DNA of 59,135 bases, counting the filler. It is 4 parts of 4 records of this genome, joined end to end, with 100 filler letters (N's around TTAATTAATTAA, not from the genome) between each part and the next. Parts side by side here need not be neighbours in the genome. Positions count along the whole stretch, not along the records: positions 53,437 to 59,135 come from SRR22947725_1346; 3 more parts are not named here. One strand, 5' to 3'. How positions within the stretch are numbered: the first letter of the stretch is position 1; each line of letters starts with the position of its first letter. The notes below the pieces were generated by a model. That model had not been told where the DNA came from, ran no database searches, and was given only the letters and a program-made list of their open reading frames with translations. Shown here piece by piece: positions 57,975-59,135 of this stretch. Position numbers and translations under genes: made by a program.

Positions 57975-59135
57975 TTATCTATTTGCTAAAAGATAATAAG
58001 TTACAGAGGAACCAATAGCACCGATCAACCATGAAAAAGATTGATAAGTAATTAAATTTTCATTCCAAATTGTAGAAGCGGCAAAAATAAAACCGATAAA
58101 TAAAGAGTAGATAGCTTTTAAGTGCCATCCATTAGAATAATAGTAAGAAGAATTTTCTCTGCTTGAAAAAATATCTTTATTATTTAATTTACTTTTTTTA
58201 ATCACATAATAATCAATAACTATAATGCCAAAAAATGGTCCAAAGAAAGCTGCAAAAGTATCTACAAAAGATAGAATGCCAATTTGACTTAATAGAGGAA
58301 GCCAAAATATACCTATAGCAAAACCTATAACGGCAATTGTGAAACCAGAAATTTTTAAAGAAAATTTATTTGGAAAAAAATTTAATAATGAATTTTGAAT
58401 AGGAACGTAGTTGGCTATTAAATTTGTAGAAGCAGAAGCAAAAACTATAAAAAATAATACTAATACTGTAATTAAAATATTATCAAATTTCCCAATTATA
58501 TCAGTTGGATTGGTTAAAATTCTTTCCATGTTTTCTAAATTTTTATTTAAAATAACATCAGATCCAATAACAATAAAAACAGCAAAAAAAGAAAATATTA
58601 TAAGGTTTATTATTAAGCTTAAATTTCCTTTTTTTAATTCCTTCTCGTCTTTAACATATCGAGAAAAATCACCAAAATTTACAATCACAACTGAAAAATA
58701 TGCAAAAATTGTTCCTGCTACTGTAATCAAAGGAAGGATATTATCTTGAGTAAATATATTTTTAAAAATAAATATATCTAAAAAAGCCTGTGTCACATAT
58801 TCATATTCATAAAGTATTACGACTAAGAAAAATAATAACATTCCAAAATAGACAGTGATAGCTGAAAAATTAATGAGTAACCTGTTAAACTTATGTCCCC
58901 TACTAAATAAAATAATTTGAAGTGTTATGGCCAATATAAAAGAAATCCAATCAATAATATTTAATCCTAAAAGAAAAATTAAAAAAATATCCTGATCCAG
59001 TAGTGAATTGTCTAATGAAAAAATAGAAATTCGTATTAAATAACTGATGGCTTTGGACAAAAAATATGTTTGTACACCAAACATAAAAATACCCACTGAA
59101 CCTCTTAATAATGAAAAATATTTAGCACCTCTAAA
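57975..59135 (-). CDS. NCS1-family nucleobase:cation symporter (5' end beyond the window)
   Basis: Frame open to the window edge; multiple TMs; NFGDFSRY, STNLIANY, GPFFGIIVIDYY, YYYSNGW. Confidence 0.9.
   Translation of the reverse strand, partial: FRGAKYFSLLRGSVGIFMFGVQTYFLSKAISYLIRISIFSLDNSLLDQDIFLIFLLGLNIIDWISFILAITLQIILFSRGHKFNRLLINFSAITVYFGMLLFFLVVILYEYEYVTQAFLDIFIFKNIFTQDNILPLITVAGTIFAYFSVVIVNFGDFSRYVKDEKELKKGNLSLIINLIIFSFFAVFIVIGSDVILNKNLENMERILTNPTDIIGKFDNILITVLVLFFIVFASASTNLIANYVPIQNSLLNFFPNKFSLKISGFTIAVIGFAIGIFWLPLLSQIGILSFVDTFAAFFGPFFGIIVIDYYVIKKSKLNNKDIFSSRENSSYYYSNGWHLKAIYSLFIGFIFAASTIWNENLITYQSFSWLIGAIGSSVTYYLLANR

Overview
This window is not one continuous chromosome segment. 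It consists of four contig pieces joined by artificial 100-bp linkers (N44-TTAATTAATTAA-N44 at 29732-29831, 46385-46484 and 53337-53436), and the pieces appear to come from different organisms. Piece 1 (1-29731; moderately AT-rich, PVC/Lentisphaera-like by inference) carries NfeD-SPFH, an LRR protein, DUF4105, RsmB-like, waaA, adk, a DUF2760-like gene followed by two atypical Hsp70 genes, an alpha/beta-hydrolase, a C45 peptidase, LysM-HEAT, an octaheme-HEAT-TPR lipoprotein, YHS-DUF2231, a porin, rhlE, a CorA-like protein, FKBP, AlkB, purU and an HTH_17-REC regulator, and ends in the 3' end of tRNA-His. Piece 2 (29832-46384; visibly more GC-rich, Verrucomicrobia/PVC-like) is a minus-strand sulfated-glycan locus: four sulfatases, an SGNH esterase, a PMI-like cupin and an ECF sigma/anti-sigma pair, followed by an alpha-2-macroglobulin. 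Pieces 3 and 4 (46485-59135; very AT-rich, Pelagibacterales-like) hold groES/groL, an omega-aminotransferase, HAD, ribF, ileS and lspA, then the 5' end of tRNA-Leu, several small ORFs, UDG, ybgC, DUF3047, an SDR and an NCS1 transporter. The best candidate for a poorly described system is the GrpE-like DUF2760 plus twin non-canonical Hsp70 module, which has no J-protein gene in the window. Other candidates are a structured rhlE 5' leader, an octaheme/DUF2231 redox pair and a hydrolase that lacks its catalytic His. I saw no CRISPR array, transposase or integrase. Family names come from motif recognition, not database searches.
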